Assembly: GCA_963745235.1 (NCBI GenBank)
Contig: CAVUXE010000018.1
Location: forward strand, 1 to 58,184
Direction of reading: 5' to 3'
Length of the DNA: 58,184 bases
Origin: an uncultured Spirochaetota bacterium
Lineage (GTDB): Bacteria > Spirochaetota > Spirochaetia > SZUA-6 > Fen-1364
A program made the position numbers and the translations under genes. Of this stretch, positions 47,651 to 57,404 are shown one piece after another. The stretch's first letter is position 1. Each line of letters begins with the position of its first letter. The notes under the pieces were generated by a model. That model was not told where the DNA came from, did no database searches, and was given only the letters and a program-made list of their open reading frames with translations.

Positions 47651-50347
47651 ATGTTCCTCCTCGTGAAAAGTTCAAAAACCAGTCTCCTGTCGCTTCCCAT
47701 CCTTTCGCTGCTCCTCCTGACCGCGAATGGATGCGCCAACCTCCCGCAAAAGCAGGCGTCAGCAGATACCGTCCTCAGCAGAACACTGGACAACGGCCTC
47801 CAGGTCGTCGTTGTGCGTGATCCTCTTGCCCCGGTTGTCACCCAGCAGGTCACGTACCTGGTGGGCGCCAACCAGTCCCCTCAGGGTTTTCCGGGGATGG
47901 CGCATGCGGTTGAGCACATGATGTTCCGCGGCTCACCGGGCTTGACGGGAGACCAGCTTTCGGGGATTTCAGCCCAGCTCGGCGGAGACATAGACGCCTA
48001 CACCACGTCAACGACCACCACCTACTACTTCACGGTCCCCGCTGAAGACCTGGATGTGACGCTGAAGATCGAAGCGCTGCGGATGGCCGGCGCGGACAAC
48101 AGCCAGGCGGATTGGGAGAAGGAGCGGGGAGCGATCGAGCAGGAGGTTGCCAGCGACAACTCGAACCCGATGTACGTGCTGCAGGCAAGAGCGCGCGCGA
48201 GGGTCTTCGCCGGTACACCGTACGCGGACACGGGGCTTGGCACCAAGGAATCTTTCGATCAGACCACCGGTGAGATGTTGAAGGCTTTCCACGACCGATG
48301 GTATGCGCCGAACAACGCGCTGCTGGTGATCGCCGGTGACGTGGATCCCCCGGCAGTGTTCAACAGGATCAACGCGCTCTTTGGCGATATCCCCCGCGCG
48401 GCCCTGCCGGCCCGGGCTCCCATCACCCTTCAACCGGTAACCCCGGAGACCTTGTCCTCGACGACCGATCAGCCGTACGGATTCGTCTCCTATACCTTCC
48501 GCACCCCGGGGTACCAGAATCCCGACTACGCGGCTGCACAGATTCTTTCCCAGGTCCTGAACTCGCCGCGCGGCCCCATCTCCACCCTTGCGTATGAAGG
48601 GAAGGCGCTGGACGCCGGCTTCTTCCAGCAGACTTTCCCCGACACGGGGTATGCAACCGCCTGGGCCGCATTCCCGCAGGGACAGGATCCAGCCCCCCTC
48701 CAGCAGGAGCTGAAGGCTGCTGTCCAACAAGGGGGATCAGGGATTTCCGCCGACCTCATTGAAGCTGAGCGCAAGCGCATCGTGCTGGAGAGCGAGCTTC
48801 GCCAGGACTCGGTATCGGGCCTTGCCCAGCTTTGGACGGACGCCGTGGCTGTTGAAGGCCTGAAATCCCCTGACCAGGAAGTTGCAATGCTTCGCGGCGT
48901 GGACCCGAAAGCCGTCAACGATGAGGCCGCAAAGGTGCTGGATTTCGATCATGCGATCACCCTGATTCTCACTCCTGCCCCCAGCGGCCAGGCCCAGCAA
49001 GGCGGACAGGTGTTCGGGTCCCCTGAGTCGTTCGCTTCCACTCCTGAAAAACCCGTGGTGCTGCCCGCCTGGGCGGAGCAGGCCCTCGCGAGGCTCCCGC
49101 ATCCCGTCCCGCTGTTCACACCGACAGTGTTCACCCTGGCGAACGGCCTGCGCCTGATTGTCCAGCCCCTTGCCACGGGCGGCGCCGTCAGCCTGATCGG
49201 AAGCGTGCACACAAACGAGGATCTCCAGGCGCCTGCCGGGAAGGAAGGCGTGAGCGATATGCTGGACACGCTTTTCGATTGGGGACCAGCGGGCATGAGC
49301 AGGTCGGATTTCGAGGCTGCAATGGATTCCCTCGGTGCAGAGTACTCAACGGGAACGAGGTTCTCACTGCAGATCATGCCCGAATACTTCGACAAGGGCG
49401 TGGAGCTCCTTTCACGGGATATCCTGGACCCGGCTCTCCCAGCGGATGCGTTCTCGAGCCAGCAGCCTCTGCAGGCACAGCAGGCGGGCGGCAGGCTGAG
49501 AAGCCCGGTCTACCAGTTCAGGCTCGCCGTCCAGAAGGGCCTCGTCCCGGAGGGTGACCCCTCGCTCAGGCGGCCGACTCCCGGATCCATCAGGTCTCTC
49601 ACGCTTGATGACGTGAAGGCATATCACAGGACAGTTGTCCGTCCTGATGAAACGACAATCGTTGTCATGGGGGCGATAGATCCAGCGACGGCGCGCTCCG
49701 TCGTGGAAAAGCATTTTGGCGTCTGGCAGACGAGCGGTCCGAAGCCGAACCTGGACCCCGACCCGGTTCCCCCGTCCCCGGCGCGTGATGTATTCATTCA
49801 GGACGAGGTGCGACAGCAGGATGAAGTGGTGCTGGCCGAGACGCTGCCCCTTACCTACCAGGACCCCGACCACCATGCAATCGCGCTGGGAAACATGTTC
49901 CTGGGGGGTGACAGCTTTGCCAGTCCGTTGTACCGCGAGCTTCGCGTGAAGCGCGGCCTCGTGTACAGCGTCGGCTCCTCCGCGGACTTCAGCCGCACCC
50001 GCAGCACCTTCTCCCTGAGCTTTGGCGCATATCCCGAGAAGGTGCAGGAGGCAAAACAGATTGCCCTGCAGGTGGTCAAGGACATGGCGGGCAGTCCAAT
50101 GAGCGACGCTGATCTGCACCTCGCCAAGGCGCAGGCGCTGCGACAGATCGAGCTGACAAACCAGACCGCCTCGGATATCGCGGACCACTGGCTGGGGTAC
50201 AGCGAGGAAGGACTGTCACTGGACAGGCTGTACGAGGTGGCCCGCGCCTATGAAAGCATCACGGCCGCGCAGGTCCAGGCGGCATTCGCCAGGTACATCG
50301 ACCTTGGGCGGCTGTCGACTTTCATCCTGGGACAGAAGGTAAAGTAG
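47651..50347 (+). CDS. M16 (pitrilysin) family zinc protease, lipoprotein
   Basis: HAVEH inverted zincin motif, WYAPNNA, ELRVKRGLVY; lipobox-like ANGC. Confidence 0.92.
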   Translation: MFLLVKSSKTSLLSLPILSLLLLTANGCANLPQKQASADTVLSRTLDNGLQVVVVRDPLAPVVTQQVTYLVGANQSPQGFPGMAHAVEHMMFRGSPGLTGDQLSGISAQLGGDIDAYTTSTTTTYYFTVPAEDLDVTLKIEALRMAGADNSQADWEKERGAIEQEVASDNSNPMYVLQARARARVFAGTPYADTGLGTKESFDQTTGEMLKAFHDRWYAPNNALLVIAGDVDPPAVFNRINALFGDIPRAALPARAPITLQPVTPETLSSTTDQPYGFVSYTFRTPGYQNPDYAAAQILSQVLNSPRGPISTLAYEGKALDAGFFQQTFPDTGYATAWAAFPQGQDPAPLQQELKAAVQQGGSGISADLIEAERKRIVLESELRQDSVSGLAQLWTDAVAVEGLKSPDQEVAMLRGVDPKAVNDEAAKVLDFDHAITLILTPAPSGQAQQGGQVFGSPESFASTPEKPVVLPAWAEQALARLPHPVPLFTPTVFTLANGLRLIVQPLATGGAVSLIGSVHTNEDLQAPAGKEGVSDMLDTLFDWGPAGMSRSDFEAAMDSLGAEYSTGTRFSLQIMPEYFDKGVELLSRDILDPALPADAFSSQQPLQAQQAGGRLRSPVYQFRLAVQKGLVPEGDPSLRRPTPGSIRSLTLDDVKAYHRTVVRPDETTIVVMGAIDPATARSVVEKHFGVWQTSGPKPNLDPDPVPPSPARDVFIQDEVRQQDEVVLAETLPLTYQDPDHHAIALGNMFLGGDSFASPLYRELRVKRGLVYSVGSSADFSRTRSTFSLSFGAYPEKVQEAKQIALQVVKDMAGSPMSDADLHLAKAQALRQIELTNQTASDIADHWLGYSEEGLSLDRLYEVARAYESITAAQVQAAFARYIDLGRLSTFILGQKVK

Positions 50348-50378
50348 ACCGCGGGGAACGAAGCACGCCGCCGGCCTT

Positions 50379-51209
50379 TCAGGCCAGCGGCTGCAGGAAC
50401 TCTTTGATCAGCGCGAAGGTCTCATCCGGCTTTTCCCACAGGAATCCGTGCGTACCGCCGCGTATCTGGACAATCAGGGCCGCCGGCGCCGCTGCATGGA
50501 TCCAGTCAGCGTCCTCGTCTCGGACGCATGCGCCGTATTTCCACTCCCCTCGCAGGACGAGCGTGGGACACCGGAGCTTTCGGAGCGCCGCGTCCATGTC
50601 CGCTCCCTCCCCCATCCGGTCTCCGAGGGCTGCTCCGACCGCGGCCGGATCCACCCTGCTGACGCGAACCGCCATTGTCTGAAGCTCCCCTTCATCCGCA
50701 TCTGGCTCGCGCAGCCGACAGGCTTCCACCACTTCATCCAGGGTCGGGTTGTCTTTCATGGTCTCATACACCCAGCCGAACCAGTCCTCCACGCCGGGGT
50801 GGATACCGACGGGAGTATTTCTGACATACACTGGCGGGTCGATGAGAACCAGACCCCGCGTCAAGACGGGCTCTTCCGCCGCACAGATCAGCGCCGTGAG
50901 CGCGCCAAGGGAGTGGCCCAGGAGAACCGTCGGGCCGCTCACGTTCGCCATGAACTGCCTGATGTCCCGGGCGTAGTCGAGAAGACGATAACCGTCCCGG
51001 GCCCTGCCTGACTTCCCGTGCCCGCGCAGGTCACATGCGTATGAGCGCCAATCCCCCGCCAATCGAGACATCAAGTCCCGAAACCCCAGCCAGTCGCCGG
51101 TCATGCCGTGGAGCATAAGGATTGCCGGTCCCTCAGATTCCGGACCTTCCGCGTAGTTGATCAGAGTGTCGCCCGCGGGAAACGTCTTTTCCGCCAGAAG
51201 CATAGCCAT
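50379..51209 (-). CDS. Alpha/beta hydrolase
   Basis: LHG, DLRGHGKS, GHSLG, C-terminal GTH. Confidence 0.9.
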   Translation of the reverse strand: MAMLLAEKTFPAGDTLINYAEGPESEGPAILMLHGMTGDWLGFRDLMSRLAGDWRSYACDLRGHGKSGRARDGYRLLDYARDIRQFMANVSGPTVLLGHSLGALTALICAAEEPVLTRGLVLIDPPVYVRNTPVGIHPGVEDWFGWVYETMKDNPTLDEVVEACRLREPDADEGELQTMAVRVSRVDPAAVGAALGDRMGEGADMDAALRKLRCPTLVLRGEWKYGACVRDEDADWIHAAAPAALIVQIRGGTHGFLWEKPDETFALIKEFLQPLA

Positions 51210-51296
51210 GGAAGCGAGCTTACGGCACTGCCGGGGGGAATGGGAAGCGCCTCCTGAGTTTGACATCCGTCTCCGACACGCACCATACTGGCCGGC

Positions 51297-52673
51297 ATGA
51301 ACGAAATGTTTCCCCCGTTCCGCAGGGATTTCGTCTTCGGGGCAGCTACCGCGGCGTACCAGATCGAGGGAGCGTGGAACGCGGACGGCAAGGGCCCTTC
51401 CATCTGGGATGCCTTCGCGCACAAGCACGGAAAGATCAAGACTGGAGAGAACGCGGACATCGCCTGCGATCATTACAACCACTATGAGCAGGACGTCGCA
51501 ATCATGAAGGAGCTCGGCCTGGACGCGTACCGTGGGTCCATCGCCTGGGCTCGGATCCTGCCGGAAGGCTCCGGAGAGGTGAATCAGCAGGGTGTGGACT
51601 TCTACTCGCGGCTGACGGACTCCCTCCTGGAGGCCGGGATTGCTCCCTGGTACACGCTCTTTCACTGGGACCTCCCCCTGGCCCTGCAGAAGAAGCTGGG
51701 CGGCTTTCGAAACAGGGATATTGCGGAGATCTTTGCCGACTACGCGGAAGTGGTGGTACGAGCCCTTGGCGACAGGGCCAGGAACTGGATCACCATCAAC
51801 GAGCCGTTCGAATACGCCTTCTTCGGCCACGTTCTGGGCGCCATGGCCCCCGGCCTCAAGAACCCGCTGGCGTACTTCCCGGTCATGCACAACGTGCTTC
51901 GCGCTCATGGGGCCGCGCTCGGCCGCATCAGGGCAATCAGCCCGGGTGCCACGGTCGGCATCACCCTCAGCCAGACTCCCGTGGTCCCCGAGTCCTCCAC
52001 TCCGCTCGACCAGCGCGCCACCGAGGTGGCGGACGCGTTTCTCAACCACATCGACCTGTGCCCCATTCTGAAAGGCACCTATCCACCCACTCTCCTGGAC
52101 CGCGCGCACACTCTCTTCCCGCGAATCCTCCCGGGGGACATGGAGTCCATTTCTCAACCGGTAGACTTCATTGGCCTCAACTACTACACGCGGGAGCGGG
52201 CGAGCCACGCCTGGTACGTCCCGTTCCTCCACGCCTGGGTCTCCGGGAAGGATGCGGCCCCCGGGGAGTTTGAAAAGGACGGTGTCCAGTACACCGCAAT
52301 GGGACAGGAGGTCTACCCGGAAGGCTTGTACTCGCTTGCGATGATGATGAAGACGGAGTACGGCAACCCGCCCGTGATCATCACGGAGAACGGCGCGGCC
52401 TTCGAGGATCGCCTGGAGGGAGACGAGGTGCATGACCCCAAGCGCACGAGCTACCTGCGGACCTACCTGGAAGCCCTGTCACGCGCAATAGCGGAGGGAG
52501 CGGACGTGCGGGGGTATTTCGTGTGGAGCCTCCTGGACAACTTCGAGTGGGCCCAAGGCACGCGCCCCAGGTTCGGCATCGTGTACGTGGATTATCCCAG
52601 CCAGCGACGGGTGGTCAAGGACTCCGGCAGATGGTATGCCCGTCTCATCCGAGCCTCACGGGGGCGCGTCTGA
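51297..52673 (+). CDS. GH1 beta-glucosidase
   Basis: ATAAYQIEGA, TINEP, ITENG, WSLLDNFEW. Confidence 0.95.
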   Translation: MNEMFPPFRRDFVFGAATAAYQIEGAWNADGKGPSIWDAFAHKHGKIKTGENADIACDHYNHYEQDVAIMKELGLDAYRGSIAWARILPEGSGEVNQQGVDFYSRLTDSLLEAGIAPWYTLFHWDLPLALQKKLGGFRNRDIAEIFADYAEVVVRALGDRARNWITINEPFEYAFFGHVLGAMAPGLKNPLAYFPVMHNVLRAHGAALGRIRAISPGATVGITLSQTPVVPESSTPLDQRATEVADAFLNHIDLCPILKGTYPPTLLDRAHTLFPRILPGDMESISQPVDFIGLNYYTRERASHAWYVPFLHAWVSGKDAAPGEFEKDGVQYTAMGQEVYPEGLYSLAMMMKTEYGNPPVIITENGAAFEDRLEGDEVHDPKRTSYLRTYLEALSRAIAEGADVRGYFVWSLLDNFEWAQGTRPRFGIVYVDYPSQRRVVKDSGRWYARLIRASRGRV

Positions 52674-52734
52674 GAGCCGCGAACCGCCGCCCTCCGCCGG
52701 TTCCCGTCCACTCCCGGAGCACGGCCCGCGGATG

Positions 52735-52781
52735 AAAAAAGCGGGAAGGGCGAAAGGAGGTGAAACGTCCCGTCCCGCTTT
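52735..52781 (-). ncRNA. Candidate small RNA or terminator hairpin with anti-Shine-Dalgarno loop
   Basis: Minus strand AAAGCGGGACGGGACG-TTTCACCTCCTTT-CGCCCTTCCCGC-TTTTTT, with TATTCT 7 nt upstream. Confidence 0.45.
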
Positions 52782-52903
52782 GAAAACTAGAATACTTACA
52801 AACTAAACGCCCGAAATCGAAAAAGGTTACACCGGCATGAATGCTTGAGAAAAACCGAGGGATCACAGTATTATTGTGGGTGACCGATCGAGGTGGAGTG
52901 GTG

Positions 52904-54466
52904 ATGACGAAGATCGCCCTGCCCATGCTGGCCGTGCTTTCTCTGACAGCGCGAGTGTCCGCGGAGGACTTCTTTGACATGGTTTCAAAGAGCACTCCGG
53001 AGATCGTGCAGAATGCCATCAGCGGCGGCGCGCGGGTGGATGACAGGGACAAGTACGGACGAACCCCGCTGATGTTCGCGGCCCGCTACAACCCGAACAC
53101 GGCGGTCCTCATGGTGCTGCTGGAGGCGGGGGCCCTGGTCAACGAGAGGGACAAGGGCAACCGGACGCCGCTGATGTTCGCGGCCGCGGGGAACGAAAAC
53201 CCCGAAGTGGTGGCGGAGCTGATCAAGGTCGGCGCTGGAGTCGAGGACCGGGATGAGGACGGCATGACGCCGCTCATGAACGCGGCATCCGGCAACGACA
53301 GCCCGGACGTGATCCAGATCCTGCTCAAAGCAGGCGCCCGGGTGGACGACCGTGATGGCCACGGACGGACGCCCCTGATGTTCGCGGCGCGGGACAACCC
53401 CAAACCGGAGATCCTGGAGGCGCTGCTTAGGGCGGGCGCAAAACTGGATGACCGGGACAGGAGCGGCGTCACGCCCCTCATGTTCGCCTCCATCAGCAAC
53501 CCGAATGCGGACGTGATCACCCTGCTCCTGACCGCGGGAGGGCGGGTGGACGCCAAGGATGTCAACGGGATCACCCCGCTGATGTACGCCGCCTATCACA
53601 ATGAGGACCCCCAGGTCATCGCGACCCTCCTCAAAGCCGGGGCGCGCGTGGATGACAGGGACAAGTACAGCCGCACCCCCCTGATGTTCGCAGCCGGCTT
53701 CAACGCGAACCTGGAGATCCTCAAGACACTCCTGAAAATGGGCGCAAGCGTGGAAGACAAGGACTGGGAGAACCACACCCCCCTGATGTGGGCCGCGTAC
53801 AACAACTCCAATACCAAGGTGTTGAATGCGCTCCTGCAGGCGGGAACGAGCGTGGATGACAAGGACACCAACGGCTACACGCCCCTGATGTGGGCCGCGT
53901 ACAACAATGGGAACCCGGACATATTGAAAATGCTCCTGGAGGCGGGTGCGAACGTCGAAGACCGGGCGCGAAACGGGTTCACTCCGCTCATGTTCGCCGC
54001 AAAGAACTCGAAACCGGACGTGATAAAAGCGCTCCTGGCGGCCGGCGCGAAGATAGACGACAGGGATTCCAACGGAGGAACCCCGTTGATGTCGGCCGCT
54101 CATGACAACCCCAATCCGGACGTGATCACCGCTCTCCTCGAAGCGGGAGCAGACGTCGCCGAGCGGGACAATAACGGCGGCACGCCCCTCATGTCCGCTG
54201 CCTACAACAACTCGAACCCCGACGTCCTGAAGACGCTCCTTGCGGCCGGGGCGGACATCAACGAGCAGGACAACGACGGCATGACAGCCCTCATGTGGGC
54301 GGCAAAGCACAATCAGAACCCGGAGACGCTCTCCGTCCTTCTCAAGGCCGGAGCCAACGGGAAGCTCGCAAGCAACGAGGGAAAGACGGCCTTTCAGTAT
54401 GCGGACGACAACGCCAAGGTGCGCGACACCCGCCAGTACTGGGACCTGAACAAGGCAAGGTTCTGA
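52904..54466 (+). CDS. Secreted ankyrin-repeat protein (13 repeats plus caps)
   Basis: Signal-like N-terminus and repeated DRDxxGxTPLMxAA; promoter TTGAGA-N18-TATTAT at 52845-52874. Confidence 0.93.
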   Translation: MTKIALPMLAVLSLTARVSAEDFFDMVSKSTPEIVQNAISGGARVDDRDKYGRTPLMFAARYNPNTAVLMVLLEAGALVNERDKGNRTPLMFAAAGNENPEVVAELIKVGAGVEDRDEDGMTPLMNAASGNDSPDVIQILLKAGARVDDRDGHGRTPLMFAARDNPKPEILEALLRAGAKLDDRDRSGVTPLMFASISNPNADVITLLLTAGGRVDAKDVNGITPLMYAAYHNEDPQVIATLLKAGARVDDRDKYSRTPLMFAAGFNANLEILKTLLKMGASVEDKDWENHTPLMWAAYNNSNTKVLNALLQAGTSVDDKDTNGYTPLMWAAYNNGNPDILKMLLEAGANVEDRARNGFTPLMFAAKNSKPDVIKALLAAGAKIDDRDSNGGTPLMSAAHDNPNPDVITALLEAGADVAERDNNGGTPLMSAAYNNSNPDVLKTLLAAGADINEQDNDGMTALMWAAKHNQNPETLSVLLKAGANGKLASNEGKTAFQYADDNAKVRDTRQYWDLNKARF

Positions 54467-54472
54467 TCTCCC

Positions 54473-55633
54473 GTGATTCGCAAGGCAGTCTCAGAGCGCT
54501 ACTACAGGTTTCTCACCGGCCAATCCGTGGACAGGCTGCCGGACGTGGAGTTCGGCTACTGGCCCCAGACCGTCAGGAGATGGATGCAGGAAGGCCTGCC
54601 CCGCAGCCTGGATGAATGGTGGTACAGCGAACGGGAACGGATCAACGAAAAGGACGCCCCGGAGGTGCTCAACAAGAAGCTTGAAAGCTTCTTCGGGTTC
54701 GACTCGACGGGTGAGGAAATCCTCCTGCGTATTCACTTCAACCCCGGCTTCCCGCAGGAAGTGATCAGCACGGACGGGGACAAGACCCTCATGAGAGACC
54801 AGGACGGCGTGGTCTCGGAGAGATACCTGAGCAACGTCGAAGAGAGCTCCATCCCCCGGTTCGTCAGTTTTCCCGTTTCCTCCCGGGAGGACTGGCTGAG
54901 CATGCGCACCCGGTACCAGGCGGATGACCCCACGCGCAGCTTTCCGGAGGCAGAGTTGGCGCGGATCAGGGCGGCCGCGGCATCGGGGAGGATGATCGCC
55001 GTGGGGATGCAGGGGTTTTACGGCCAACTTCGAAACTGGATGGGTTTCGAGAACCTCTCTTTCTGCCTCTACGACGACCCGGCCCTGGTCGAAGAGATGA
55101 CCATGGTCTGGGCCGAGCTGTGCGTCGGCCAGATCCGCAGGCTTCCGGTGGACATCCCCATCGACTACGTGGGCTGGTGGGAAGACATGGCCTCCAAGAA
55201 TGGACCCTTCGTCAGCCCGGACCAGTTCCGCCGCTTCTTCCTGCCCGCGTACAAGCTGGTCATGGAGGAGGCGCGAAAGAGGGGGTGCGCCCTTTCCCTT
55301 GTTGATTGCGATGGAAACCCCGAAGCTCTTGTTCCCTTGTGGCTGGAGGCCGGGGTCAACATCATGTTCCCCCTGGAAGTGACAGAGGGGGTGGATCACA
55401 TGGCGTGGCGGAAAAGGTACGGGAAGAGCCTTCTCCTGCGGGGAGGGATCAGCAAGGAAGCCATTGCGGCCGGAGGGACGTCCCTGGACCGGGAGATTGA
55501 GCGGATCAGGCCCTTGATCGATGGCGGGGGATTCGTGCCGCACCTGGACCACCTGGCGCCTCCCAACATCAGCTACGCGGACTACCTCGCATACCTCAGG
55601 AAGAAGAGGAAGGCAATCGGCCGCTCCTCCTAG
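54473..55633 (+). CDS. Uroporphyrinogen decarboxylase (URO-D)/MtaA-like family protein
   Basis: LRNWMGFENL, WEDMASKNGPFVSP, DCDGN, GGFVPHLDH. Confidence 0.8.
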   Translation: MIRKAVSERYYRFLTGQSVDRLPDVEFGYWPQTVRRWMQEGLPRSLDEWWYSERERINEKDAPEVLNKKLESFFGFDSTGEEILLRIHFNPGFPQEVISTDGDKTLMRDQDGVVSERYLSNVEESSIPRFVSFPVSSREDWLSMRTRYQADDPTRSFPEAELARIRAAAASGRMIAVGMQGFYGQLRNWMGFENLSFCLYDDPALVEEMTMVWAELCVGQIRRLPVDIPIDYVGWWEDMASKNGPFVSPDQFRRFFLPAYKLVMEEARKRGCALSLVDCDGNPEALVPLWLEAGVNIMFPLEVTEGVDHMAWRKRYGKSLLLRGGISKEAIAAGGTSLDREIERIRPLIDGGGFVPHLDHLAPPNISYADYLAYLRKKRKAIGRSS

Positions 55634-55711
55634 CCTCCACGGTACCGCGTTCGCGCGGAACGCGTAGCCGCGTACTCCGCGCAACAACGGTTTATGCTAT
55701 ACTGAGGCGTC

Positions 55712-57404
55712 GTGGTCCCCTTCCTTCGCAGGTTCAACATCGCTTTCATCCTTCTTGTCTGCGTGCCGGGCCTCCTGGTTTCGGTGATACTCTCGCGCCT
55801 GTACATCTCCGCGCTTTTTTCCACCGTCGCCGGGCAGACCGAGGCGGTTGCAGACCAGATCGTTCTGAACATGAGAAACGAGGTGGATGGGGCGTCCATC
55901 CTCACCTCCGCGCTCTTCCAGGACCTGGAGCTGCGCTCACTGGCAAATCGCTATTCCCGGGCCAGGAGCTCAGGGGAGAGGCTTCTTGCGGCCAACAGGC
56001 TGGATGACAAGATGGCGGGCTTCTTCACGTATTCCAGCCGCCTGGGCGCGGTGAACATCTACATGAAGAACGGCCAGGTCTACTACTACCAGAACTACCC
56101 CAACATTCGCTCCTACGAAGGACTCGATCCGTCCGTGTACGCGCAGGCGCGCAAGGAGGCAGGAAAGGTCTATATCCTGGACCAGCTCACGGGCCCCACG
56201 GGGAATACGGGTGAGAAGTTCATGCTCTCCGTGGCTGTCTGCACCACGCCGCAGGATTACGACACTGACATAGATGCCATCCTGGTCAGGTTCCGCATCC
56301 CGTACTTCGACGAGCTGCGCTCCCGGCCGCAGTCAGGCCCGGCAGGGGATATCATCATCTACGGCAGGGACGGACGCGTCCTCCTCACCAACCTGCCGGA
56401 CGCGGCCCGCGTGGGCTCGCCCGGCCTGAGCTCGCTCCAGATCTATGGAGGGAAGGATTCCGAATCCGCGTCGTTTCGGCGGGTGCGGTTCGGTGGACAT
56501 GCGTGGCTTGCAAGCTTCCTGGGCATGGAGTTCCCGGGATGGACGGTGGTTGTCCTCGTTGACCAGGCGGTCATCATGGGAAGAATCACCTCCTACCAGT
56601 GGTACCTCTACCCTGCCCTTGCGCTGCTGGTTGTCCTGTTTGTCCTTTATGCGCGATTCATCACGATCGAGCGGGAGGAGCGGGAGCGCGCCCGCATGAA
56701 GGCAGAGCTCGCGGCCTTGCGGTTCCAGATCGATCCTCACTTCGTTTCCAACACGCTGAACTCCATCCGGCTCATGGCGCGCGCGGCCAAGGCCGACGCC
56801 ATCGCGGAAATGACCCAATCCCTCATGCGTGTCCTTGCGGACAGCTATTCGGGGACCGGGCCAATGACAACCCTGGAGCACGAGATCGCGAATCTTTCCA
56901 GCTATGTCGGGATCATGAAGGTCAGGTTCGGGGAAACTTTCGATGTGGCGTGGCGCATCGGGGAGGACACGAAGGACCTCCTCGTGCTCAAGATGATTCT
57001 GCAGCCGATCATGGAGAACGCGATCCTTCACGGCATCTCGCCGGCAGGACGGAGGGGGTTGATCTCCATTACGTCCTGCATCGAAAGCGTGGCCGACCTG
57101 CACGCCGCCCGGCTCGCCGGAGCCGGGCCTCCGGGCCACGCTGGGGCAGCGGCTCATCATCGAGGCGCAGGACGACGGGGTGGGAATGAGCAGGGAGACG
57201 GCGCTGTCTGCGCTTTCCCCGGAGAATGGGACCCAGGCCGGCCCCAACGGCTTGCATCGCGTCGGACTGGCAAATGTCCACCAGCGGATCCGCCTCAACT
57301 TTGGGGACCCTTTCGGACTGGTCGTGGAAAGCGTCCCTGGCTCCTATACCAGGGTCAGGTTCGTTCTTCCCGTGGTGCGACAGGAGACGCCGGTGAATGC
57401 ATAG
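55712..57404 (+). CDS. YesM/LytS-type sensor histidine kinase; frameshift at about 57100-57145
   Basis: Two TMs, QIDPHFVSNTL, LQPIMENAILHG, then DDGVGM and VGLANVHQRI in another frame. Confidence 0.9.

Noticed and set aside
50379-52433. 684-aa minus-strand ORF, and other long antisense ORFs such as 20236-21687, 39745-40998 and 52985-54310
   Set aside because: Shadow frames of GC3-rich genes on the opposite strand. Only 50379-51209 encodes a recognisable hydrolase.
53030-54400. 102-bp periodic repeats as a CRISPR array
   Set aside because: They are in-frame ankyrin coding repeats without identical direct repeats or unique spacers, and no cas genes are present.
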